The position numbers were made by a program, and so were the translations under genes. Below the pieces are notes generated by a model. The model saw only the letters and a program-made list of their open reading frames with translations, was not told the origin of the DNA and did not search any database. From Candidatus Saccharimonadota bacterium (GTDB lineage: Bacteria > Bacillota_I > Bacilli_A > Mycoplasmatales > Hepatoplasmataceae), in the NCBI GenBank assembly GCA_027925325.1, contig AP027133.1, positions 270,001 through 302,000 on the forward strand: a DNA stretch of 32,000 nucleotides, given 5' to 3'. Each line of letters starts with the position of its first letter. Position 1 is the stretch's first letter. Positions 1-14,087 of the stretch are shown here, in pieces.

Positions 1-698
1 TATTCACCTAAACTTAAATCGACAATATTTCCGCCTCAATCACTCTGATTTTGTGGTGTTATTTTAGTTGGAACATATTTATCTTCCTCACTATTATCAC
101 CGATTTGGCCATAATAATTAGATCCTCACATATATAATGTATCGGCATATCCATCTAAATCCGTATCAATTTCAACTCCGCTATGATAGTATCCTAAATT
201 CAAATTAATAATATTGCCACCTCAATCACTCTGTCCTTGTGGTGTTATTTTTGTTGGAACATATTTATCAATTGTACTATTATCACCAATCTGCCCACTA
301 AAATTATTCCCTCAAATATACAAGGTATCGGCATATCCATCTAAATCAGTATCAATTGTAACTCCATTATCATTTCCACCCGAATCTAAATCAATAATTT
401 TTCCGCCTCAATCATTTTGTCCTTCTGGAGTTATCTCTGTTGGTACATATTTATCTTCTGTACTATTATCACCAATTTGCCCATATTGATTATCTCCTCA
501 CATATACAAGGTATCTGCATTTTTATCTGAATCTATGTCAATAATAGCGCCACTATCATCCCCACCTAAATCTAAATTAATAATATTATCATTTTGATTT
601 AAATTTAAATTTTTTTCTTTCTTTATTAAAATGGAATCAAAAGTATTAAATTTTATTAACATTAATGGAATTAAAAAAACGATCAAGAATTTTTTCAT
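1..698 (-). CDS. Secreted RCC1-like beta-propeller repeat protein, paralog A (start in window, 3' end runs off the left edge)
   Basis: ATG at 698 (reverse strand) followed by a hydrophobic signal-like N-terminus, MKKFLIVFLIPLMLI. At least 3 blade repeats follow, of the form ..IDTDLDGYADTLY(M/I)-W(TGA)-G.N..GQIGDNS..KYVPTKITPQ..DWGG.I..L. The frame stays open to base 1 if TGA=Trp. Paralogous to 26706..29351 and 29572..31566. Confidence 0.8.
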
Positions 699-832
699 AA
701 TAGAAAAATTATATTCGAATTTATTTTTTTATTTAAACTATATTTTGTTTTTTCAAATTAAAAATAAATTTAATTTAAAAAATAAAATTAATGATATAAA
801 TATATATAGGAGTTTAATTTTATTTAAATTTT

Positions 833-1525
833 ATGTTCAAAAGTAGGTTTTTTTCTTTATTTTTTAGCTTTGTGATCTTTTTTTCATTATTTGGATTTGT
901 TGATACAAAGAAAATAAAAAATGATAGTTTTTTAAAATATCAAAATCAAGCTGAATTTTTGGTTAGCGCTAATGCTAAAGAAAATATTTATACAGCAAAT
1001 GTTAATAGTGTAGGTAGGGATAGTATTAAATTTACAGTTTATGATATTCCCAGTGAATTTATTCCAAGTGATTTAACAGGTGAAGTTATTTATGCTTTTT
1101 CATTAGATCAAAATGCTAGTGATTCTGCTGATTTTCCAAATAATACAAATATAAAAGTAGATGAGGTAATTTTAGATAGTAATGATCAAACATATGATTT
1201 TGTTTTTACTGTTTCTGATTTAGATTCAAGTACAACTTATGAAATTTATTCTATTTATGGATGATATGCAGATAGCAATAATCCAAATGATTGAATTCCA
1301 TTCAGTGATGGTGATGGAAATAATGAAATTCAACTTGTGAACGAAAGTGGTGAAGCAGGGATTAGCGGAACTACCAAAATAGGATCAGGATATTTTTACG
1401 GAATTATTGCAATTTCTATTGTTGTCTTTATTTTACTTATTTTAATTATTGTTTTATTCTTAGTAAGATTTAAGGATTATCGTAAAACAAAAGAAAAATA
1501 CGATTTATTAAATAAAGAGTTATAA
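833..1525 (+). CDS. Anchored surface protein: N-terminal signal-like segment, Ig/FN3-like ectodomain, C-terminal TM anchor (230 aa)
   Basis: ORF-track pieces 833..1264 and 1337..1525 share one frame (offset 504) and are joined through TGA codons. N-terminus is MFKSRFFSLFFSFVIFFSLFG. The C-terminal hydrophobic helix YFYGIIAISIVVFILLILIIVLFLV is followed by a basic tail. The motif DLDSSTTYEIYSI resembles the L..T.Y motifs in the C-terminal halves of the propeller paralogs. Confidence 0.65.
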
Positions 1526-1570
1526 AAAAATTTAAATTAATCTTTTTTATTATTGAGTATAATCTATAAA

Positions 1571-4453
1571 ATGAAACAGCAACAATTAAATTTAAATTTA
1601 ATTACAAAGTCTTCTTTTAATTTTTTTACATCACTTTTGAAATTAGAAGATATTATTAATTTTTCTTTAGAAAATAATTATCAAAATGCTTGTTTAGTTG
1701 AAAAAGATACAATGTATCTTATTTATCCTTTTATTAAAGATTGCGTTAAAAATAATTTAAAACCAATAATAGGTCTTGAAGTAAGTTCATTAAATGTTAT
1801 TTTTTTCGCTAAAAATTTATCAGGATATTATAAATTAGTAAAAATTTCTTCTATTATTAATACTCAAAGTAATTTTGATATTAAAAAATATCTCAATGAA
1901 GATGATTTGATAATTTTATCGGATTATAATAATTTACCACAACATCTTTTTAAAAAAAATAATCAACTTGAATCATTAGAAATTTTTGCAAAAATAGGAA
2001 ATAAAGAACTACCTTTAAATAAAGATAAATTATTAAAAAATGAAGAATTTATTAAAAAATATGGAAGTGAACTTTTAGATAAATATCAAAAAATAATTAA
2101 AGAAATTAATTTAATTTTTGATTTTAAAAAGAATTTTAAATTACCTGAATTTGAAATTGAAGATAAATTTAAAAATCAAGATCAATATCTTTATTACTTA
2201 TTAGAAAATAATTTAAAAAATTATTTAAAAGTGAGTAAATATGCAAATTTACATAAAAAGATTTATTATGAGCGAGTTAATTATGAATTTTCAATAATTA
2301 AGAAAACAGGTTTTACAAATTATTTTCTGATTATTTTTGATTTAATAAAATATGCAAGGAAGATGAAGATATATGTTGGCCCAGGAAGAGGATCTGCTTC
2401 TGGTTCAATTGTTTCTTTTCTTTTAAATATAACACTTGCTGATCCGATAAAAGCAAATCTTTATTTTGAAAGATTTTTAAATCCGGAGCGAATTACTTTT
2501 CCTGATATTGATATCGATATCGAAGATGAAAGAAGAGATGAATTATTTTTGTATCTTCGTAATAAATATGGAAAAGATAATTTTGCGCAAATTATTACTT
2601 TTCAATCATTAAAGGCAAAAATGTCACTTAAAGATGTTTTTCGGTTTTTAAAAATTTCGCCATCAGAATCAAATCGTATTACTAAACTTATAGATGACAA
2701 AGTTGATTTAAATTATTCTTATAATCATAATAAAAATTTTAAATATGCAATTGAAGAGAATTTAAATTATAAAAAAGGATACGAAATTGCAAAACAAATT
2801 GAAGGATTACCAAGACAATTTTCAACACATGCGGCCGGAATTGTAATTTCACATCAAAAAATAATTGATTTAGTTCCGATTCAATCAGGCTATAGTAATG
2901 AATATAATCAAACACAATATTCAATGAATTATTTAGAAGAAAATCAATTATTGAAGATGGATCTTTTGGGATTAAAAAATCTTACATTTTTAAAAAATAT
3001 TCTTAATTTAATAAAGCAAACAGAAAAAAAACAAATCGATCTTAAAAAAATTAATTATAAAGATCAAAATATTTTTAAATTATTATCTCAAGGAAGAACA
3101 TTGGGAATATTTCAACTTGAATCAGCGGGAATGAGTGATGTTTTAATTAAAATTGAACCAACTGAATTTGAAGATATCGTAGCAACAATATCTTTATTTC
3201 GCCCAGGTCCATTTAAACAAATCGATCATTATGTAAAAAGAAAACATCAAAAAGAAGAAATTACTTATTCTGTTCCAGAATTAGAAGAAATTTTAAAAAA
3301 AACGTATGGGATTATTATTTATCAAGAACAAATTATGGAAATTGCAAAAAAGATTGCAAATTTTAGTCTTGCAAAAGCTGATCTCTTGCGAAAAGCAATT
3401 TCTAAAAAAAATAGTGCAGAATTAGAATCATTGAAAAGTGATTTTATTAAAGGGGCGATCAAAAATAATTTTTCTTTAAAAATTGCAGAAGATATTTATA
3501 ATCTCATTTTTGAGTTCGCTTCTTATGGATTTAATAGATCACATGCATTTTCATATTCTTTTATTACTTATTGATTAGCTTATTTAAAAACTTATTTTCC
3601 TAAGCAATTTATTACTTGTTTATTAAATCAAGCGATCGGAAATGATAATAAGACAATTCAATATATCGAAGAGGCACAATTTTTTAAAATAAAGATTAGA
3701 TATCCAGATATAAATGAAACAAATTATGATTATTTTTTAAAAGATGATCAAATTTTTCTTGCTCTTGAAGTGATTAAGGGTTTAGGAAAACAAATTGTCA
3801 ATGATCTTTTAAATGAACGAAAATTAGGTGTATATAAAGATTTTACTGATTTTGTTGTTCGCTCACAAAAATTACGATTATCTCGAAAACAGCTTGAATT
3901 TTTAATTAAAGGAGGAGCATTAGATAATTTCAATTTAACAAGAAATACGATGCTTAATAATCTTAATTTAATTTTGGAGTATGCAAAATTAGTATTAGTA
4001 AAAAAAGACAATCATTATCAAATTGATTATTCAATTTTAGAAGAAAAACCAGTTATCAAAAATTATCAAAAGGATAATTACCAACAATTTGAAAAAGAGG
4101 CTTTAGGATTTTTATTAGAAGCGAATGATTTTATTAAATATCAAAATAAATTAAATCAAAAACAAAGACAAAATTTATTATTAATCATACAAATAGAGAA
4201 TAAGCAAGATTTAAAGATAAAAACATTTGGTGTTATTAATTCAATTCGTAAAATTAAGACGAAAAAACTACAAGAAATGGCTTTTATTGAGATTAAAGAT
4301 AGCACTGATAAAATTTCAATTACAATCTGGCCGAAAGATTATAAGCAATTACAAACAAAATTAAAAATAGGTATCGGAATTATTATTCATGGTAAGATTG
4401 ATTTAAGAAGAAACAGAACAATAATTTTAGAACAAGCAGAGTTTATTGAATAA
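1571..4453 (+). CDS. dnaE: DNA polymerase III alpha subunit (DnaE-type), 960 aa
   Basis: Motifs GPGRGSASGSIVSFLLNITLADP, FERFLNPERITFPDIDIDIEDERRDE, STHAAGIVIS and FNRSHAFSYS. ORF pieces 1553..3574 and 3770..4453 are in one frame (offset 2217), joined through TGA at 3572. I prefer ATG 1571 to the in-frame TTG 1553. TAA stop at 4451. Confidence 0.9.
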
Positions 4454-4482
4454 ATTAATTATTAAATTTTGGGGCTTAATAA

Positions 4483-5568
4483 ATGCAGCGTTTGTATATA
4501 AAAACAGTTACTATTCATTATCTTGGACCATGAATAGATAATCATTTTCGATTTAAAAAAAATAATCTTATTTTTGGTATTAATAATAATGCAGGAGGAT
4601 TAGATGTAATTGAGATTATCAAGTTAATTAAAGATATTCGTAAAAAACATCGAGTGGAAAAAGAGTTTTTTCATGAGAATTTAATAAATAATCCTAATGC
4701 TAATTTTGATAAATGTTTATTAAAAATAACATATTTTAATTCTAAAAAGGATACTTATATTAAAGTAACAAAAGATGGTTTTATTAATTATAAATATAGT
4801 AAAAATTTAAATTCCTTAAATAAAATTAAAATTTCTTGTTTTGAAACAAAAGAAGATTTAGAAGAAATTCTAAATGCTCTTAATTCCAAAAAAGATCAGA
4901 TAAATTATTTAAAAAATCGTATTGTTATTTTTCTTAAGATAGAAAATATTATTTCTGAATCTAAAATTAAAAAAATTTTAGATTTTTCTTATAAATATTC
5001 CGGACAAACTTTTTTTTCGACAATTTCACCAAAAATAATTGTCCATGCTGTCAATAATTTTGATACAAAATATCTTGATGTATTTTATATGGTAAATCAT
5101 TTTGAAAAAAATAAAAGACCAGATTTATTACAACAACTAACCGAATATACAGGTAAAAAAATTAATAAAAAAATTCTTTTTGTAGAAGGGATTAGTGATC
5201 GATTGATTATTGAATCGATTGCCAAAAAGAATCGAATTAAAGATTTAATCATAATTGATGTTGGCGGGATTGCAAATATTAATTTCGATGCAATTGCAAA
5301 ACTTAATCATTTTCTTACCGCAAAAGCGATTATCGATCATGATAATGAGATTGATCGTAAATCAAATCGTTTAATTCATGTATTAACAAGAACGGCAATT
5401 GAGTGATATTTAGATCAAAATATCTTACGGAAATATGCTTTAAATGATTTTAGAATGTCTTCTCATAATAAAATTTTGATGGCTGAGAATTTTAAAAATA
5501 CTTATCTTAAAAGTCAAAATTATCGTAAGTTAGAAAAAGAATTTTTAAATCTATATAATTCATTCTAA
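4483..5568 (+). CDS. Toprim-domain protein with a degenerate N-terminal ABC/OLD-like P-loop region (361 aa)
   Basis: ATG 4483 is in frame with ORF 4654..5406 (offset 171) and reads through TGA at 5404 to TAA 5566. The N-terminus LYIKTVTIHYLGPWIDNHFRFKKNNLIFGINNNAGGLDVI follows the strand-strand-P-loop pattern of RecF/SMC/OLD ATPases, but GKS/T is replaced by GGL. The C-terminal part has KILFVEGISDRLII (Glu codon 5185..5187) and AIIDHDNE (5335..5343), which matches Toprim E...DxD as in OLD/DUF4435-type nucleases. Confidence 0.55.
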
Positions 5569-5593
5569 AAATAATTTAAAATTAAGTTAATTT

Positions 5594-7612
5594 ATGAATG
5601 AAAAAAAAACAGTAAATAAAAGTAAAAAAATAGTATCTTTTGATATTTTAAAGTTTAGATTGTTTAAACTTATTATCGGTATCATTTTTTTGATTATTTT
5701 TCTTTGAACAGAATTTTTTGTTATTTTTTATCCTGATTCAAATTTATTACCTGATTTATTTGTAAATATTTGATGACAGTTTTCTCTTTCTACGATCATT
5801 TTATTTTTAATTAGTTATGAATATCTTTTTAATTCGATTCGTGATGCTTTCAAAAAAACAATTTCTGATGATTTATTAGTTTCTCTTTCTGTTTTTACTT
5901 CTTATATTTTTTCGATCTGTGCAATCGTAATTAATTTTGATGAATTAGAGGCAAATAATTGATTAATTACCAATATAAATGATGGCAACACTCTTTATTT
6001 ATTATTTTCAGCATTTATTGAAGTTTCTGTAATTATTTATATCGGTAGAATGATTGAATTTTATGTTACAAAAAAAACAGTAAATGAAATTTCAGCAATT
6101 AATGATCTATTTGTTGATGAGGCGATAATTTTACGTGATAATAAAGAAGTTAAAATTGCAACAGAAGATTTAGAGATTGATGATATTGTAATTTGTTATC
6201 CGGGAGAGATAATTCCTGTCGATGGAACTGTTGTCGATGGAGAGGCACTAATAAATGAAGCTTCCTTTACAGGTGAGGCAAAACTTGTAAAAAAAACGAA
6301 AAATAGTGATGTTTATGGTGGCTCAGTCCCTGATCAATATTTAAAAATAAAAGTAAAATATAAACTGGAAGATTCATTAATAAACAAAATTAATCAGGGA
6401 ATCTTAAAAGCAAAAGAAGCTAAATCAGATTATCAAAAACTAGCAGATAAGGTTGTAATTTTTTTAGTTCCTACTATTTTAATTTTAGGTCTTTTATCAT
6501 TAACATTATGATCAATTTTTGCAGGATGAGAGCAAGGGTTATTGGTAATGATTACGGTCTTTGTGGTTGCTTGTCCTTGTTCTTTTGAAATGATTACACC
6601 ACTTTCAATTCTTGTTGCAAATGGTGTTGCTTTGAAAAGAGAAATTATCTTTAATTCGAAACGACCATTTGAAAAAAAAGAGGTAATCGATGCAATTGCT
6701 TTTGATAAGACAGGAACGATCACAACAGGAAAATTAGTTGTTAAAAAGACTGATCTTTCAATTGAAGATTTAAATTTAGTTTATTCGATGGAACTTTATT
6801 CAAATCATCCGATTGCAAAATCAATCGTTTTAACTTATCAAGATAAATTTAAAAAGAAGATAAATTTAAAAATCCAAAATATTGTTAGTGATGGTTTGAA
6901 GGCAAAGTATAATAAGCAAAATTATTATTTAGGTTCTAAAAATTTTGTTAACAAAATTTTAAAAGTTAATAAACAACAAAAATTTATCAAAAGTGATGAA
7001 ATTATTATTTATCTTTTCACAGATGAAAAAATAATTGGTTATCTTGAACTTGCCGATGAAATTAGAAAAGATGCATCTTTAGTAATAGATTCCTTAAAGC
7101 AAAAAAAGATTGAAGTATTTATGATAACCGGTGATCAAAAAAGTGTTGCTTTTAAAATTGCTCGTAAAGTTGATATTAAAGAAGAAAATGTCTTTTATCA
7201 AACATTACCATCTGAAAAAGCAGAAATTGTTGATAGATTAAAAAAAGAAGGACATAAAGTTGGTTTTATCGGTGATGGAATAAATGATGCGATCGCCCTT
7301 GAGACAAGTAATTTAGGAATTTCTTTAGGTTCAGGATCAGCACTTGCTTTACAATCAAGCGATATCACAATTAGAAATGATAATTTAAATTTAATTAATG
7401 ATGCTTTAGATATCTCTCAAAAAACCTTAAGAACAATTTATATTGGTCTTATCGTTGCTAGTATATATAATTTAATTTTAGTCCCACTTGCACTTAGTGG
7501 AATTTTAGTCCCCTCTATCGGTGCGATTGCGATGGCGATAAATGATACATTAGCTGTATTTATTGCCGCAAGTTTAAAAAGATTAAGTTTTAAAAAGAAA
7601 AATAAAAAATAA
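5594..7612 (+). CDS. P1B-type (CPC motif) heavy-metal-translocating P-type ATPase, 672 aa, with no N-terminal CxxC metal-binding domain
   Basis: ATG 5594 is in frame with ORFs 6050..6511 and 6542..7612 (offsets 456 and 948). Motifs: FTGEA (actuator), VVACPCSFEMITP (TM CPC), DKTGTITTGK (phosphorylation site), MITGD, GDGINDAIAL. TAA stop at 7610. Confidence 0.85.
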
Positions 7613-7634
7613 TTATTTTTTTAAAAAAAATAAG

Positions 7635-7676
7635 TATAATAATGTTGAATTACTTGATGGAATTAAATGGTATTAA
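7635..7676 (+). promoter_or_regulatory. Candidate promoter elements for the tracrRNA (TATAAT 7635..7640; TGgTATTAA 7668..7676)
   Basis: A consensus -10 hexamer and a weaker extended -10-like element lie just upstream of the anti-repeat region. There is no experimental TSS, and in DNA this AT-rich such matches are common. Confidence 0.25.
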
Positions 7677-7852
7677 ATAATTCATGAATACCAACAAACA
7701 CAACTCAACTTAAATGATTCATGAATACCAACTGGTCAAGATAATGGTTTAGTAACATTTCTATGTGTTACAGATATCTAAGGGTACTCAGGTAACCCTA
7801 AATGTAATCTTCCTGAAATAGAAAACACCTTTTAAAGAGGTGTTTTCTTTTA
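7670..7852 (+). ncRNA. tracrRNA: tracrRNA (5' end uncertain); full anti-repeat 7709..7742, partial upstream anti-repeat copy 7670..7695
   Basis: 7709..7742 can pair with 34 of the 36 nt of the minus-strand CRISPR repeat (26 Watson-Crick pairs plus 8 G.U). Downstream there are three hairpins: 7752..7771 (GTAACA/TGTTAC), 7779..7800 (TAAGGGTAC/GTAACCCTA with a bulge), and terminator 7822..7846 followed by a T-run. This is the canonical layout of anti-repeat, hairpins and terminator. Confidence 0.8.
7822..7852. terminator. Bidirectional intrinsic terminator shared by tracrRNA (+) and csn2 (-)
   Basis: 9-bp stem AAAACACCT (7822..7830) / AGGTGTTTT (7838..7846) with a 7-nt loop. It is followed by TTTTCTTTT on the plus strand and by a T-rich run on the minus strand. 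It overlaps the csn2 stop codon (7850..7852). Confidence 0.7.
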
Positions 7853-8935
7853 TTTAATTTGTTTTAATATCTCGTTTTGATATTCTTGTTTTGAATTTAA
7901 TTTTATTTCGTTCAATCGAAAAAATAATTCATCACGTAATCTTTCATTTTCACTTTTAAAATTAAGTGGACCCTTATAGATATTTTCAAAGATATCAAAA
8001 TCTAATAAAATATAAGACAATTTATTTTTAATAAAATCACTTGCCATTTTTTTATAATCATCTTTTTCTGCTACTAATTTTAATTGCTTTATTTTAGTAT
8101 TAAATTGATCAATTGATTTAATATCCTCTTTTATAAAAATATTATCCTTAAGAAAATAATTTTTAAGCAAAAAGGAATTATCAATATAAAAATTATTTAA
8201 TTGATTTTTATTTAAATATAATATTTCTTCAATATTTAAATCAAGATAACGAATTATGAGTGGATTTCTTGTCGTAAGGATAATTAAATTATTTTTTCTT
8301 AAGGAAATTAAAAGTGAGCAAAATTCTTGTAAAGATCTGCCATTAAGAATAGAATCAATACAATCAAAAACAAAAATTTTGTTTTTGGTATCGGTATCGA
8401 TCAATAATTTTAAATAAAGCATCAATCTTTCGGAACGAGAAAGATTTTTTTCACTTATTTCATCTTCTTCTTGGTTATAAATTGCTAATTTAAAAAGAAT
8501 ACTAATTAGATCAAAATCGTTTTTAAAATTAAAATTTGGTTCGATGTAATATTCGTTAACTTTACAATTTATTAAATTTTTAATTCTATCTAAAATTAAA
8601 ACAATATCTTTTTCTAATCTTAATTTTTCTGTTAAGTCAATATTTTTTTCCTCTAAAAAATCAATTAGATGATCAATTATAAATTTATATAGATAAGATT
8701 TTTTTTGCAAATTTAATTCTTTTTTTAATTCTCATTCTTCATTTAAAATTAAATATGACCTATTATCCTCATATAAAAGATTAGAAAATAGTTGATGGGT
8801 TTTTCTTTTTAGCAAATACTCAAAATTATTAATAAAAGTTGTTTTTCCACTATTATTTTCGCCATAGATTAAAACAATATTATGTTCTGTTTTAATCTTA
8901 AAATTATTATAAAATTGATTTAAAATTATTTCCAT
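7850..8935 (-). CDS. csn2: Csn2-family protein, long form with intact P-loop (361 aa)
   Basis: It is the last gene of the cas1-cas2 operon (start 8935, 1 nt after the cas2 stop). ORFs 8732..8935 and 7850..8710 share one frame (offset 225), joined through TGA 8732. The region ERLMLYLKLLIDTDTKNKIFVFDCIDSILNGRSLQEFCSLLISLRKNNLIILTTRNP parallels the conserved core that I recall from S. pyogenes Csn2 (..[42 protein letters not shown]..). Walker A is GENNSGKTT. Confidence 0.6.
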
Positions 8936-8936
8936 A

Positions 8937-9245
8937 TTATAAAATTAAAAAGTCTTCATCATTTGTATAGGATTCTTGTAAACTTTTTCTTCCTTTTAAA
9001 ATTTCTATTTCATTGTATTGTTTATTTGTAACAATAATTATTCTTATATCGCCCTTTTGTGGCAAAATTTCTTTAATTTTTAACTTAGTTCGATTTACTC
9101 AATCATAGTTGTAGCAATGTTTCATATAGACAGATTCTTGAATCATAATAAAGCCAAGCTTTGTGATATCATTACGAAATTTATTCATCGCCTTTTGATC
9201 TACTTTTGTTATCGTTGGTAGATCATAAAAAAGTAAAATATTCAT
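8937..9245 (-). CDS. cas2: CRISPR-associated endoribonuclease Cas2 (102 aa)
   Basis: Translation MNILLFYDLPTITKVDQKAMNKFRNDITKLGFIMIQESVYMKH...GDIRIIIVTNKQY matches the type II-A Cas2 pattern (..ILMFDMPT...YRKFRKFL..GFIMHQFSVY..). ATG 9245 lies 4 nt after the cas1 TAG. There is one internal TGA (Trp). TAA stop at 8937..8939. Confidence 0.85.
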
Positions 9246-9249
9246 CTGT

Positions 9250-10209
9250 CTAAAACGAGATTCCTTGTTCTTCATTTTCGAGTTTTTTTCTTATATTTAA
9301 AGGGAGATGTAATTCTGGTAAGATTAAATCATCTCTTTTTCCTTCTAAATAAGAGATAATCGATTTTACCATCATATCAATTGCATTTTTAATTTTTGTT
9401 ATCTTTCCGGCAATTATTACATCGAGTGATAAAACCTTTATTAATTTGATTCTTAAGATTAATTCTAATTTATCATCCTGAATTAATTGATTATTATCAT
9501 GGACAATCCAATCGATAAAAGGTCTAAATGGTTCGATTAAATCATATGTAAGATTAAAATAATTCAATTGATCTTTATGATTAAAACCAAGGGTAGGATT
9601 TAAACCAAATTTTATAATTGCACTTGAGATCCGACTAGCTAAGATTTTATAACCATAATTTAAAGCACCATTAATTGCATTTGGTCCTTTTCTTGCAAAT
9701 TCACCGTATATTCCAAATAATTTTTGAAAATAAAGTTTTGCAGCAACAGCTTCCATGTTTTGCGTATCACCTTGATTTACTCTTTTTAAATAAATCTTCA
9801 TTTTTTCAAGATCATCATCAGAGCAATTAATTTTTGTTTTTAAATCAACGAGCAAATTTCTTTGATTTGCTATTTTTTGAATAATAATTTGCTTTCAAAT
9901 CCTTTGTTTATCCCTAAGGGATAAATTTAATTGTTTGTTAAAATTTTTTAAAGGATTATGATGTCCTGAAAGATTAAGGATAATTGCAGAAGGATCATGA
10001 TAATTATTATCAATAATAATAGGAATATTATGTTTAGTGCATTCAATAATTGTTGGAATTGAGATATTAGTTCTTGTATTATCAATTATTATAATATCTA
10101 TATCTTGCAAGAACAATTTAATTTTTTCATCTCTTCCTTCAATTATTAATGAGTTATTTTTGATCTTAAGATTTTGATCACTTTCTATATATACTGTTCT
10201 TCAACTCAT
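9250..10209 (-). CDS. cas1: CRISPR-associated endonuclease Cas1, type II (319 aa)
   Basis: The N-terminus MSWRTVYIESDQNLKIKNNSLII is typical of type II Cas1 (M.GWRTV..). Other motifs: EAVAAKLYFQKLFG, NGALNYGY, GFNHKDQLNYFNLTYDLIEPFRPFIDW. ORFs 9895..10116 and 9250..9855 and the ATG at 10209 are all in one frame (offsets 93 and 354), joined through TGA codons. Confidence 0.9.
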
Positions 10210-10251
10210 ATAAAAATAGAGTATCATAAAATTTTTTAATTTTATTATTAT

Positions 10252-10260
10252 TGCTATAAT
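10252..10260 (+). promoter_or_regulatory. Extended -10 promoter element TGcTATAAT
   Basis: Exact match to TGnTATAAT, about 43 nt upstream of a GGAGG Shine-Dalgarno (10303..10307) and the micro-ORF at 10313. Confidence 0.3.
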
Positions 10261-10312
10261 TTTTATAGAAGAAGAAAAAATAAAAAGTAATTTGTCACTT
10301 TTGGAGGGAATT

Positions 10313-10375
10313 ATGAGTAATTTAAAACCAAGATATACAAAAACAGGTGGGGAATTATTAAGTTGATTTAAATAG
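10313..10375 (+). CDS. Possible 20-aa micro-ORF (MSNLKPRYTKTGGELLSWFK)
   Basis: GGAGG sits 5 nt upstream of the ATG, with an extended -10 further upstream and a TAG stop at 10373..10375. It lies in the cas1/GH13 junction and is convergent with the GH13 gene. I recognise no homology. It could be a rearrangement relic or a non-coding or antisense start. Confidence 0.2.
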
Positions 10376-10377
10376 GA

Positions 10378-14087
<3,710 letters not shown>

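Noticed and set aside
1553-1570. The TTG start at 1553 that the ORF track proposes for dnaE.
   Set aside because: An in-frame ATG lies 18 nt downstream (1571), and the extra MSIIYK adds nothing recognisable. The choice is not decisive without N-terminal data.
7668-7693. A 7-bp hairpin, TGGTATT/AATACCA, which might let a long tracrRNA isoform fold as a natural single guide, like the long tracrRNA form reported in S. pyogenes.
   Set aside because: The stem is short and derives from the internal palindrome of the repeat itself. I found no match between the would-be guide segment and the cas9 upstream region (21474..21570).
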